The notes beneath the pieces were generated by a model. It saw nothing but the letters and a program-made list of their open reading frames with translations, was not told where the DNA came from and did not search any database. Of a stretch of DNA of 64,000 nucleotides, positions 35,258 through 44,049 are shown piece after piece (position 1 is the first letter of the stretch; every line of letters starts with the position of its first letter). Location of the stretch: contig JACPAY010000004.1 in the NCBI GenBank assembly GCA_016180575.1, forward strand, positions 58,883-122,882, written 5' to 3'. Source of the stretch: Candidatus Omnitrophota bacterium. GTDB lineage: Bacteria > Omnitrophota > Gorgyraeia > Aquiviventales > Aquiviventaceae. Position numbers and translations under genes: made by a program.

Positions 35258-35742
35258 CGCAGACGTCTCACGTCGATCGGTGTTGTGAGCTCCATCCGGC
35301 GACCACGTGCGGCCCAACAACGTGTCCTGCCTGTGGCGCGTTGGGCAAGCCCGTGGCTCGGCTCACGCTGGGAGCCTTGCTCAGACCGGAGGCTCGCGTC
35401 CGGATTCCACGGCAGGAGGAGTTTTGCTTCTGCCGCACCGCCACCTGTGAGGTTGTGTACTTCCGCGAAGGCGAGGCGCTGTTTCGGAAGGACGACCTGG
35501 GTGTTCACGTGGGCATCAAAGAACCGCAGGACCCCACGGTACCGGTCTGCTACTGCTTTGGTTGGACGCCACAGAAGATCCGAGCCGAGCTCGAAGCCAC
35601 TGGCACGAGCACCGCGATCGACCAGATCAGGGCGCAGGTGAAGGCAGGCAACTGCTACTGCGAAGTGACCAATCCGCAGGGATCGTGCTGTCTGGGGAAC
35701 GTTGCGAAAGTCGTCCAGGAAGCGAGAACTTTAGCTACATAG
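35254..35742 (+). CDS. Cys-rich metal-binding protein with a BFD-like [2Fe-2S]-type motif
   Basis: 16 Cys residues are present, including CC, CPAC, CFC and CYC...NCYC...GSCC. The CYCFGWT...IRAQVKAGNCYCEVTNPQGSCC segment resembles BFD/CopZ-N-type domains. Confidence 0.6.
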   Translation: MTQTSHVDRCCELHPATTCGPTTCPACGALGKPVARLTLGALLRPEARVRIPRQEEFCFCRTATCEVVYFREGEALFRKDDLGVHVGIKEPQDPTVPVCYCFGWTPQKIRAELEATGTSTAIDQIRAQVKAGNCYCEVTNPQGSCCLGNVAKVVQEARTLAT

Positions 35743-35759
35743 AAGGGAGGTGGAGCAAA

Positions 35760-35939
35760 ATGAAGGAGCCTATTCGGATGTCACTGTGTCCGGCCTGCGG
35801 GGCCTGTCCTGAGGTGGTGCTCGACGTTGCCAAGGAGGAGGTCCGCATTGGGGAGGAGGGAAATCTGGTACGGCTGAACAAAGAGGCCTGGAACACGCTG
35901 GTGGAGAAGATCAACACAGGTGAGCTCAAGACAATCTGA
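35760..35939 (+). CDS. small (59 aa) Cys-motif protein
   Basis: RBS GGGAGGTGGAG lies upstream. The sequence contains MSLCPACGACPEVV. It is the last gene of the MerR operon and is too short for the ORF track as a separate entry. Confidence 0.4.
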   Translation: MKEPIRMSLCPACGACPEVVLDVAKEEVRIGEEGNLVRLNKEAWNTLVEKINTGELKTI

Positions 35940-36007
35940 GCGGGGCAGGTACGTGATCACTTTCGCTTCGCAGGCAAGGATTCAGCGTTAAGTGAACCGG
36001 GAGTGGA

Positions 36008-36036
36008 TTGACCACACCCAGGTAGCGGCTTACAAT
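36008..36036 (+). promoter_or_regulatory. strong sigma-70-like promoter TTGACC-17-TACAAT, leaderless
   Basis: The hexamers are at 36008-36013 and 36031-36036. The ATG at 36043 starts 6 nt after the -10. Confidence 0.5.
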
Positions 36037-36042
36037 ACAAAT

Positions 36043-36462
36043 ATGTGGCCTGTTCGCTTTCCAATGAGCACGCGGTCTGGCATGAGGAGTCTGCACGCCG
36101 TGATCCTGGCTGCGGTCCTTGCGGTGCCGGGGGCCGGTGTCTTGTGTCAGATTCATTCCCTCCTCAGTCACAAGAGCGAACCACCGAACGTCACGCTCGC
36201 ATCGCGTCCCGCAGGCTGTGTCCATGCCGCTCGACGTCTCGCGTCCTGCCATGGGCACGATGAACCCCGGCTGATGGTGCAGCCTCGCCAGGCCTTCTCC
36301 CCCACGAGTCAGCGGATGGCTGTTCTTCCGCAGACTTCTGGTGAACCTCGTGAACTGGCCAGCCAAGCGCGCATCACAAGTGTCGCAGTGGCTGGTCCGG
36401 CTCCACCGTTCCTGAGCCGTTGCCTCTCTCGCGCTCCTCCCCTCGCGCCCTCCCGCGCGTAA
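36043..36462 (+). CDS. hypothetical secreted Cys/His-containing protein
   Basis: A signal-like segment MRSLHAVILAAVLAVPGAGVLC and a CHGH motif are present. The start was chosen from promoter geometry. Coding evidence is weak. Confidence 0.35.
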   Translation: MWPVRFPMSTRSGMRSLHAVILAAVLAVPGAGVLCQIHSLLSHKSEPPNVTLASRPAGCVHAARRLASCHGHDEPRLMVQPRQAFSPTSQRMAVLPQTSGEPRELASQARITSVAVAGPAPPFLSRCLSRAPPLAPSRA

Positions 36463-36527
36463 GACCTCGTTTTGCCTTTTGTTCTAAAAAGTAGTGCCAG
36501 GGTTCTGGTGTGTCTCTGGAGGCGTCG

Positions 36528-37550
36528 ATGTATTTTACACACATGGGCATCACACGCGCCCATTGGGTCGTGCTCGTCGTGCTGCTGGGCGGTGGCTGGT
36601 TGGTGCTGGAAAGCCGCGGCAGCGCGTTGGCGTCGCGAGCCGTGGGGTCAGGACGTGAGGTGACGTGCACGTATCAAGCACAGATCAAGCGCCTCCCGCA
36701 TGATGCGCACACCGTTCATGTCTGGATTCCACTCGCGAAGACCGGGCGGGAGCAGCGCATCCTGCGTCGTGACGTACACGCGCCGGTCCCGTACACCATT
36801 GCAGAGGACCCCGACTACGGCAATGACATCCTGCATGCGACGCTGGAGCCTCCCATCCCTGAGCATCTGGTGATTACGGTTGACTACCACGCCCAGCTGG
36901 TGGGTGATGATGTCGCGCTCGCAGATTCCAGACCAAGCATGAAGGAACTCCATCGCAGTCTTCAGCCCAGCGGACTGGTCATCATTGACGATGCGGTACG
37001 CACCAGAGCCAGGCAGGCGACGGCTGGACGGCTCACGCGGGCGGCGCAAGCGCGGGGGATTTACGATCAGGTCAGGCAGGCCATGGCCTACGATAAGACG
37101 GTGCCCGGGTGGGGTCGAGGGGATACGCGCCGGGCCTGCCTGTTGGGCAAGGGCAACTGCACCGATTTCCATTCCCTGTTTATTTCGATGGCGCGGGCGC
37201 AGTGGATCCCCGCCCGGTTCAAGATCGGGGTCGTGATCCCGCAAGCAGCCTCTGGCACGATTCCTGGCTACCACTGCTGGGCGGAGTTCTATGAGAAGGG
37301 TCAGGGGTGGGTGCCGGTAGATGCTTCAGAGGCCCGGAAGCACCCGGAGCTGGCGGACTACTATTTCGGGGCGCGTGATCCAAACCGATTGCTCATCAGT
37401 ACCGGCCGGGATATCCAGTTGGTGCCACAACAGCAGGGCGAGCCGGTGAATATCTTCTTTGCTCCGTACGTCGAGGTGGATGGGCAGGTATTTCCAGACG
37501 CGAGCGTCGAGGTCCGGTTTACGGACCTCCAACAAGGGAGACGGACATGA
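36528..37550 (+). CDS. transglutaminase-like domain protein
   Basis: The core is GNCTDFHSLFISMARAQWIPARF...GYHCWAEFY...GWVPVDASE (Cys-His-Asp). RBS GGAGG lies 5 nt before ATG 36528. Confidence 0.8.
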   Translation: MYFTHMGITRAHWVVLVVLLGGGWLVLESRGSALASRAVGSGREVTCTYQAQIKRLPHDAHTVHVWIPLAKTGREQRILRRDVHAPVPYTIAEDPDYGNDILHATLEPPIPEHLVITVDYHAQLVGDDVALADSRPSMKELHRSLQPSGLVIIDDAVRTRARQATAGRLTRAAQARGIYDQVRQAMAYDKTVPGWGRGDTRRACLLGKGNCTDFHSLFISMARAQWIPARFKIGVVIPQAASGTIPGYHCWAEFYEKGQGWVPVDASEARKHPELADYYFGARDPNRLLISTGRDIQLVPQQQGEPVNIFFAPYVEVDGQVFPDASVEVRFTDLQQGRRT

Positions 37551-38107
37551 AGCGGTGGATCGTGAACGGGTTGATGGTGATGGGAGTCACTGGACTCGTG
37601 AGTATGGCAGGAGGTGCGGGCGCAGCCGAACATGGAGGCCAGGAACACGGCGGGACAACGACCGCGCCAAGAGCAGGCAGCGGCACGGCGGCACCGCAAG
37701 CCCAGGAGCACGGCGGCCAGGCGGTCAAGGCCGAGCCGTCGGCGGCACAGATCCGGCAGGCGATCGAGTCCCACGTGAAAGGCATCGAGGCGAGGGATGG
37801 GGCCTTGGAGATTGAGGACGAGCTGACCGGAGCCACCCGGAAGCTGACGTTCGTGCGGGTCCATGACCGCGTGGGCAAGACCGGCGACCTGTACTACTCC
37901 TGCACGGACATGCGGGATACGGCCACAGGAGAATTGCTCGATCTGGACTTCGACGTCGATGCGGCGGATGGGCACCTGCACGTGGTGGACACGCGCCTCC
38001 ACAAGGTCGCGGGTCAGGCGCGCTACACGTATGACGAGCATGACAACCGCATTCCGGTAAGTTCAACGGGCAGCGCGTCAACGTCAGGACAAGAACGGGC
38101 CTACTAG
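37547..38107 (+). CDS. secreted protein with EHGG repeats (possible metal binding)
   Basis: A signal peptide is followed by AEHGGQEHGG...QEHGGQ. Confidence 0.5.
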   Translation: MKRWIVNGLMVMGVTGLVSMAGGAGAAEHGGQEHGGTTTAPRAGSGTAAPQAQEHGGQAVKAEPSAAQIRQAIESHVKGIEARDGALEIEDELTGATRKLTFVRVHDRVGKTGDLYYSCTDMRDTATGELLDLDFDVDAADGHLHVVDTRLHKVAGQARYTYDEHDNRIPVSSTGSASTSGQERAY

Positions 38108-38131
38108 CTGGAGGGGTGGTGTGTTGAGCAG

Positions 38132-38695
38132 ATGAGGCGTGAGGCCATTTGGATCGTGGGCGTGGCTGTCGTGTGGTGGGGAACAACCGCTCTGTGCGCT
38201 GCGGCCCCCAACGAAGGGGTGGAGTTGATCGGTACGAAAGCCCAGAATTGGGATGTTTCTGAGTGGCTGAATAGCCAACCCCTGTCGCTGGAGCAACTGC
38301 GGGGCCAAGTGGTCTTGGTGCGGTGGTGGACCGGCCCGGAGTGCCCGTACTGCGCAGCCTCTGCGCCGAACCTCAACGCCCTGTACGAGACATACCACAC
38401 GAGGGATCTCATGGTGATTGGATTCTACCACCACAAGTCACCGACGCCCCTGACGCGCCGGCACGTGGAGCAACTGGTGAAGCGGTACCGATTTCAGTTT
38501 CCGGTCGCGATCGACCCGGAGTGGCAAACGCTCAAACGCTGGTGGCTTGACGGGCATGACCAGGCGTGGACCTCGGTGAGCTTCCTTTTGGATCAGAGGG
38601 GGATCATCCGCTACGTCCATCCCGGCGGATCCTACACTGATGACGACATGGCTACGTTGACGTCGCTAATCGAGGAGCTGCTGGCCAGACGATGA
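38132..38695 (+). CDS. TlpA/redoxin-family thiol-disulfide oxidoreductase
   Basis: A signal/anchor segment is followed by [15 protein letters not shown] (CxxC). Confidence 0.8.
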   Translation: MRREAIWIVGVAVVWWGTTALCAAAPNEGVELIGTKAQNWDVSEWLNSQPLSLEQLRGQVVLVRWWTGPECPYCAASAPNLNALYETYHTRDLMVIGFYHHKSPTPLTRRHVEQLVKRYRFQFPVAIDPEWQTLKRWWLDGHDQAWTSVSFLLDQRGIIRYVHPGGSYTDDDMATLTSLIEELLARR

Positions 38696-40959
38696 AGCGG
38701 GTATGGCTTGTGCTCGGAGGAATTGCCGCGTTGCTTGTGGTGGCGGGAATTGTCGACTCCCGGAGGAATCAGCAGATGCCTGGGCGCTGGCTGCGTACCG
38801 ATCGTCAGAGCGCTTCGCCTGCGATCTCGGGGCCCCAAGCGAGCTCGGTAGCTCCCGCACCACCCCTGACGTCACTGCCGCCTGACGCGCAAGGCCGTAA
38901 GCCCAACCGGCTCCTCCATGAGAAAAGTCCCTATCTGCTCCAGCATGCCTACAATCCGGTGAACTGGTATCCCTGGGGATCGGAGGCCTTCGCCAAGGCC
39001 AAGCGCGAGGACAAGCCGGTCTTCCTCTCCGTGGGCTACTCCACCTGCTACTGGTGTCACGTCATGGAGCAGGAATCGTTCGACAAGCCCGAGGTGGCCC
39101 AGCTCATGAATGACACCGTGGTGGCGATCAAAGTGGACCGGGAGGAGCGGCCGGATCTTGACGCGATCTACATGAACGCGGTCATGGCGATGACCGGCTC
39201 CGGCGGCTGGCCCATGACCGTGTTCCTGACCCATGACGGCAAGCCGTTCTGGGGCGGGACCTATTTCCCGGCCGAAGATCGGTGGGGGCGACCCGGCTTG
39301 AAGAGCATCCTGCGCTCGATCAGCGAAGCCTGGCGGACCAAGCGAGCCGACATCCTCAGTTCCAGCCAGCAACTGACACGGGCGATTCAGGAGAGTGCCC
39401 GCACCGGATCATCCACCCAGCTGACGACCGGCGTCTTAGAACAAGCGACCGGACAGCTTGCCCAGCAGTTTGACGCCACCTATGGGGGGTTCGGCTCAGC
39501 GCCGAAGTTCCCGCGCAGTCATACCTCCTCGTTCCTGCTGCGGGCATGGACCCGCACGAAAGATCCCCAGACCCTGGCGATGGTGGAGACGACTCTCGAT
39601 GCCATGGCGCGGGGCGGGATGCACGATCATGTCGGTGGGGGCTTCCACCGCTACTCCACCGACCGGACGTGGCTGGTGCCCCACTTCGAGAAGATGCTCT
39701 ACGACCAGGCGCTGCTCGCCCGCACGTACCTGGAGGCGCATCAGGTCACGGGCGAGGCCCGGTACGCCGAAGTGGCGCGGGATATCTTCACGTACGTCCT
39801 GCGCGACATGCGCGATGCGACGGGCGCCTTCCATTCCGCGGAGGACGCGGGCGAAGTCGGCAAGGAGGGCGAGTACTACGTCTGGACGCCGCAGGAGATC
39901 GACACCGCCCTGAGTCCTGAGGAAGCCGCGCTCGTCAAGCGCTTCTACGGCGTCACGCCGGGCGGCAACTTTGAGAACGGAACAACGATTCTCTCCATTT
40001 CAACCCCGCTGGACGCCTTCGCGACCCAGCAGCAACGCCCGGTTGACGAGGTGCGCCGCCAACTTGAGGCTGCGCGGGCCAAGCTGCTGGCGGTCCGCAG
40101 TCAGAGGACACGTCCTCATCGGGACGACAAGGTTCTCACGGACTGGAACGGCCTGCTGATCGGCTCGCTGGCCTACGGCGCCCGAGCGCTGAATGAACCG
40201 CGTTATGCCCAAGCGGCTCGCGAGGCGGCGACTTTCCTCCTGGAACGTCTGCAACGCAACGGGCGCTTGCTGCACCGCTACCGCGAGGGCGAGGCGTCCA
40301 TCCCGGCCTTCCTGGACGATTACGCGTTCCTCGCCTGGGGGCTGACAGACCTCTATGAAGCGACCGGCGAGGCGCGGTGGTTGGCGGAAGCCAAACGACT
40401 GACCCAGGAGATGGTGCGGCTCTTCTGGGATGACAAGGCCGGCGGGTTCTTCTTCAGCGGGGATCAGAACGAGCGGTTAATCGCGCAGACCAAGGAACTC
40501 TATGATGGGGCGCTCCCCTCCGGCAACTCGGTCGCGGCGCTCGATCTCGTGCGCTTGGGCCAACTCACGATGGACAAAGAACTCCAAGACCATGCCGAAC
40601 GGCTGGTTCGGACCTTCTCCGGCCAGGCCAATCAGGCTCCCTCTGCTTTCCCGCAATTTCTGATCGCGCTCGACGTCTGGCTGGGGCCCTCACAGGAGAT
40701 CGTGATCGCAGGCGATCCGGCCTCGGCGGATACCCAGCAGATGCTGCGCGCGGTCTACGGCCGCTTTCTGCCTCGAGCGGTGCTGGCCGTCCAGCCGGCC
40801 AACGACGCCTCCGGGGCGGTCGAAGCGCTCATCCCGTTCATCAAGGAGCAGCGGCCGCTGCAAGGCAAGGCGACCGCGTATGTGTGCAAGAACTATGTCT
40901 GCAACCTGCCCACGACGGACGTGGCTAAGCTCACCGCACTACTTGATGTCTCCCGCTAG
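38692..40959 (+). CDS. thioredoxin-domain protein, DUF255/YyaL type
   Basis: [25 protein letters not shown]...[16 protein letters not shown] is followed by a long (alpha/alpha)6-like C-terminal region. Confidence 0.9.
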   Translation: MKRVWLVLGGIAALLVVAGIVDSRRNQQMPGRWLRTDRQSASPAISGPQASSVAPAPPLTSLPPDAQGRKPNRLLHEKSPYLLQHAYNPVNWYPWGSEAFAKAKREDKPVFLSVGYSTCYWCHVMEQESFDKPEVAQLMNDTVVAIKVDREERPDLDAIYMNAVMAMTGSGGWPMTVFLTHDGKPFWGGTYFPAEDRWGRPGLKSILRSISEAWRTKRADILSSSQQLTRAIQESARTGSSTQLTTGVLEQATGQLAQQFDATYGGFGSAPKFPRSHTSSFLLRAWTRTKDPQTLAMVETTLDAMARGGMHDHVGGGFHRYSTDRTWLVPHFEKMLYDQALLARTYLEAHQVTGEARYAEVARDIFTYVLRDMRDATGAFHSAEDAGEVGKEGEYYVWTPQEIDTALSPEEAALVKRFYGVTPGGNFENGTTILSISTPLDAFATQQQRPVDEVRRQLEAARAKLLAVRSQRTRPHRDDKVLTDWNGLLIGSLAYGARALNEPRYAQAAREAATFLLERLQRNGRLLHRYREGEASIPAFLDDYAFLAWGLTDLYEATGEARWLAEAKRLTQEMVRLFWDDKAGGFFFSGDQNERLIAQTKELYDGALPSGNSVAALDLVRLGQLTMDKELQDHAERLVRTFSGQANQAPSAFPQFLIALDVWLGPSQEIVIAGDPASADTQQMLRAVYGRFLPRAVLAVQPANDASGAVEALIPFIKEQRPLQGKATAYVCKNYVCNLPTTDVAKLTALLDVSR

Positions 40960-41027
40960 CCCCTCTGCGCCTTACCCAGAATCGTTTGGCAAAAATCCGC
41001 ATCGTAACAACAGGACCAGGAGAGCGG

Positions 41028-41056
41028 TTGTCCAGGCGAATGCCCCATGTTACGAT
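41028..41056 (+). promoter_or_regulatory. putative promoter TTGTCC-17-TACGAT, leaderless
   Basis: The ATG at 41063 starts 6 nt after the -10. Confidence 0.4.
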
Positions 41057-41062
41057 GGCACC

Positions 41063-41662
41063 ATGCCTTCCGGACAGACCGATGAGCAGCAGCTCATCGG
41101 CCGGCTCAAAGCCAAAGACGAGTCGGCATTAGACCTGCTCATGGCGGCGTACGGCGGAAAAGTCTACGGCCTTTCGTTGCGGCTGACCAGCAATCACCAC
41201 GACGCCGAGGAGGTCTGCCAGGATGTGTTCCTGGCGGTCTTTGAGAAGATTGATGGTTTCCGCGGCGACGCGAAGCTGTCCAGCTGGGTGTATCGGATCA
41301 CGGCCAACGCCGCTCTCATGAAGCTGCGCAAGCGGCCGAAGATCAAGGCGCTTCCCCTCGAAGAAGAACTGGGGCCGGCCATGACCGAGGAGGGGATGAT
41401 CGCCGAGCCGGTGGTGGACTGGAGCCGGTTGCCGAGCGACGAGTTGGAGCGCAAGGAGCTGACAGCCCGCTTGGCGCAGGCTGTCGAGTTACTGCCGCCG
41501 GAGTATCGGGCGGTGTTTGTGCTGCGTGACATTGAAGGACTGCCCGCCGAGGAGGCCAGCCAAGTCTTGGAGATTTCGGTGGCTGCCCTCAAGAGCCGGC
41601 TGCACCGGGCGCGGCTGTTCCTGCGCAAGCAGCTCGCGGACTACGTGGTGGTCACCCGATGA
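41063..41662 (+). CDS. ECF-type RNA polymerase sigma factor
   Basis: Region 2 (DAEEVCQDVFLAVFEKIDGFRGDAKLSSWVYRITANAAL) and region 4 (YRAVFVLRDIEGLPAEEASQVLEISVAALKSRLHRAR) are recognisable. Confidence 0.88.
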   Translation: MPSGQTDEQQLIGRLKAKDESALDLLMAAYGGKVYGLSLRLTSNHHDAEEVCQDVFLAVFEKIDGFRGDAKLSSWVYRITANAALMKLRKRPKIKALPLEEELGPAMTEEGMIAEPVVDWSRLPSDELERKELTARLAQAVELLPPEYRAVFVLRDIEGLPAEEASQVLEISVAALKSRLHRARLFLRKQLADYVVVTR

Positions 41663-41943
41663 TGCTCAAGTGCCGTGACGTTGGACAGCTGTTATACGAG
41701 TACGTAGAGCAACTGCTTGAGCCCTCCACCCAGCAGGCGCTAGAAGCGCATCTGGCCGACTGCGCCGGGTGCGTAGCCTTCATCAACACGTACAAGCAGA
41801 CGATTCGTCTCTCCAGTGGTCTTCAGCCCACCGACATGCCTCTCGAGCTCCAGCAGAAGCTGCGCAGTTTCATCAAGACCAAGCTGTCATCGCGTCAGCC
41901 GAGCTGGTGGCAGCGGCTGCGATCAGGCCTGACGGGCCGCTAA
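41659..41943 (+). CDS. zf-HC2 anti-sigma factor (no obvious TM segment)
   Basis: The H-x3-C-x2-C motif is EAHLADCAGC. It has a 4-nt overlap with the sigma gene. Confidence 0.7.
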   Translation: MMLKCRDVGQLLYEYVEQLLEPSTQQALEAHLADCAGCVAFINTYKQTIRLSSGLQPTDMPLELQQKLRSFIKTKLSSRQPSWWQRLRSGLTGR

Positions 41944-42028
41944 TCCACTCCACCACCCGCGCATTGCGGTTTGCCTGAATCCTTCGACAGCCTCCGTGCA
42001 TCGTAATAGGCAGAGGAGGAACTGGGCG

Positions 42029-43405
42029 ATGGCCATACTCTTGACTGTTGGTGCCTCCCCCAACAATCGCTTCAACCACCTGGCACTCCTCATGGGATTC
42101 GCTATCCTAGGGGCTCTGACGATCGGATGCTGGTGGGCAATCCGGTCGATGGGCGATGTGCGCCATCACCTCGGAACATTCTATGGCTGGTTTGGCGTCG
42201 CCTTCGCGCTGTATCTTGCGGCGCTCTGGTGGATACGGAAAGCTGAGCAGGGCACGCCCGCTTCCCGCCACATGGCACTGGTGGCGGGGTTCATTATCCT
42301 CGTCGGCGCGGCCTCGCGCCTCCTGCTCGTCGGAACGACGCCCGCACTCTCCGATGACATCTACCGCTACCGGTGGGATGGTCTCGTGCAACGGGCGGGC
42401 ATCGATCCTTACCTGTATCCACCCAACCATCCGGCATTGGATGGGCTGCGCGACGGGCAGGATCAGCTGATCAATTTTCCGCATCTCCGAACGGTCTATC
42501 CTCCGCTGACCGAGCTGGCGTTCTTCGGGGCCGCCGCCATCAACCCTTCCGTGACTGCCCAGAAGCTGCCGTTCCTCCTGGCGGAGATCCTGCTCGTGGC
42601 TGCCGTGCTGGCGGTGCTGGCCATCCGACGTCGCAGCCTGTTGTGGATCGCGGCGTACGTCTGGCACCCCCTGCCGATCCTTGAAATCGCCGGCTCCGGG
42701 CACAACGATGCGCTGGGTGTCGCGATGCTGTGGGTCGGCATCGCTGCCTGGGAGCTCCGGCGCTACGGCATCGCGGCGTTCAGCTGGGCGCTCGCATTTC
42801 TCTCGAAGTACGCCGCCGTCGTCCTGGTTCCGTGGTGGTGGCTGCGGCGTGTCGGACGAAGCCCGCTCGGTTTCTTTCTCGCGCTTGCAATCATCCCGCT
42901 GGTCGCCCACCCGACTATCCTCACCGCCATCGCGGGCAGTCTCGGAGCGATGTCGGGCCGGTTCAGTTCCAATGGATCGGTCAATCCGCTGTTGGCCCTC
43001 GTCCTTGGCAGTCCCCTCCTCGCCCGCGTGATCTGCGCAGGGGCATGGGTCGCATTTGCGTGGTGGTGGGCGCGCCGTGAAGCGGATGTGGTGCGGTACC
43101 TCTTAGGCGTCATGGCGGCCGGGGCGATTCTCAGCCCCGTGCTCCATCCGTGGTATCTCCTCTGGCTGATTCCGGCGCTGTGCTTCTGGCAGCCCTGGCC
43201 GGTGGTGGCGCTGACCGCCACCGCCGTATTGTCGTATGCCGTCTGGCCGGCACGGCTGGCGACAGGTGTGTGGGAAATTCCAATGTGGGCGCATGTGCTG
43301 GAATACGCCCCAGTCGGTGTGCTGGGTCTGTGGGAGGTCTGGCGATGCAGGTGGGGATTATCATCCCGGCTCGCAATGAAGCCTCGGCACTCGGTCGCGT
43401 CCTAG
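42029..43405 (+). CDS. polytopic membrane glycosyltransferase-like protein (GT-C; DUF2029/GT87-like)
   Basis: There are many TM segments. An early loop reads DDIYRYRWDG...YLYPP...YPPLTELAF. RBS gaggagga lies before ATG 42029. Confidence 0.6.
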   Translation: MAILLTVGASPNNRFNHLALLMGFAILGALTIGCWWAIRSMGDVRHHLGTFYGWFGVAFALYLAALWWIRKAEQGTPASRHMALVAGFIILVGAASRLLLVGTTPALSDDIYRYRWDGLVQRAGIDPYLYPPNHPALDGLRDGQDQLINFPHLRTVYPPLTELAFFGAAAINPSVTAQKLPFLLAEILLVAAVLAVLAIRRRSLLWIAAYVWHPLPILEIAGSGHNDALGVAMLWVGIAAWELRRYGIAAFSWALAFLSKYAAVVLVPWWWLRRVGRSPLGFFLALAIIPLVAHPTILTAIAGSLGAMSGRFSSNGSVNPLLALVLGSPLLARVICAGAWVAFAWWWARREADVVRYLLGVMAAGAILSPVLHPWYLLWLIPALCFWQPWPVVALTATAVLSYAVWPARLATGVWEIPMWAHVLEYAPVGVLGLWEVWRCRWGLSSRLAMKPRHSVAS

Positions 43406-44046
43406 CCGAGATCCCGCGGGCGCTTGTGCGCGAGACCATCGTCGTGGATAACGGCTCAACCGACGGGACGGCCGCAGTGGCGCGGCAGGGTGGTGCGCGA
43501 GTTGTCACCGAGCCGATTCCCGGCTATGGGCGCGCGTGCCTGGCGGGACTGTCCGCGCTGAGTCCCTCGGTGGACGTGGTGGTCTTTCTGGACGGGGACC
43601 ACTCCGACGATGTGGCGGAGCTGCCGATGCTCTTGGCGCCGATCGCTCGCGGCGAGGCCGACGTGGTCATTGGATCACGGGTCAGCCGTGCTGAGCCCGG
43701 GAGCCTGATGCTGCAGCAGCGGCTGGGCAACCGGCTGGCCTGTTGGCTCATACAGCGATGCTTTGGCGTCCGGTACACCGATCTTGGGCCGTTTCGCGCG
43801 ATCCGGCGGCGAGCATTGGAGTCTCTCGACATGCAGGATCGGACGTACGGGTGGACCGTCGAAATGCAGGCCAAGGCCGCCGCACGAGGCCTGAAGATCG
43901 CTGAGATTCCAGTGCGCTACCGCCCACGCATCGGCCGCTCCAAGATCTCGGGCACGTTGCAGGGGACGGTGCAGGCCGGCATCGCGATTCTTTCGACGAT
44001 CATCCGAGTGGCGCTTCAGCCGGCTGTGCCAGCTGCCCAGAGGTAA
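43345..44046 (+). CDS. GT2 glycosyltransferase (polyprenyl-phosphate sugar synthase-like)
   Basis: IIIPARNEASALGRVL...VVDNGSTDGT...FLDGDHSD matches GT2. Confidence 0.8.
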   Translation: MQVGIIIPARNEASALGRVLAEIPRALVRETIVVDNGSTDGTAAVARQGGARVVTEPIPGYGRACLAGLSALSPSVDVVVFLDGDHSDDVAELPMLLAPIARGEADVVIGSRVSRAEPGSLMLQQRLGNRLACWLIQRCFGVRYTDLGPFRAIRRRALESLDMQDRTYGWTVEMQAKAAARGLKIAEIPVRYRPRIGRSKISGTLQGTVQAGIAILSTIIRVALQPAVPAAQR

Positions 44047-44049
44047 ACC

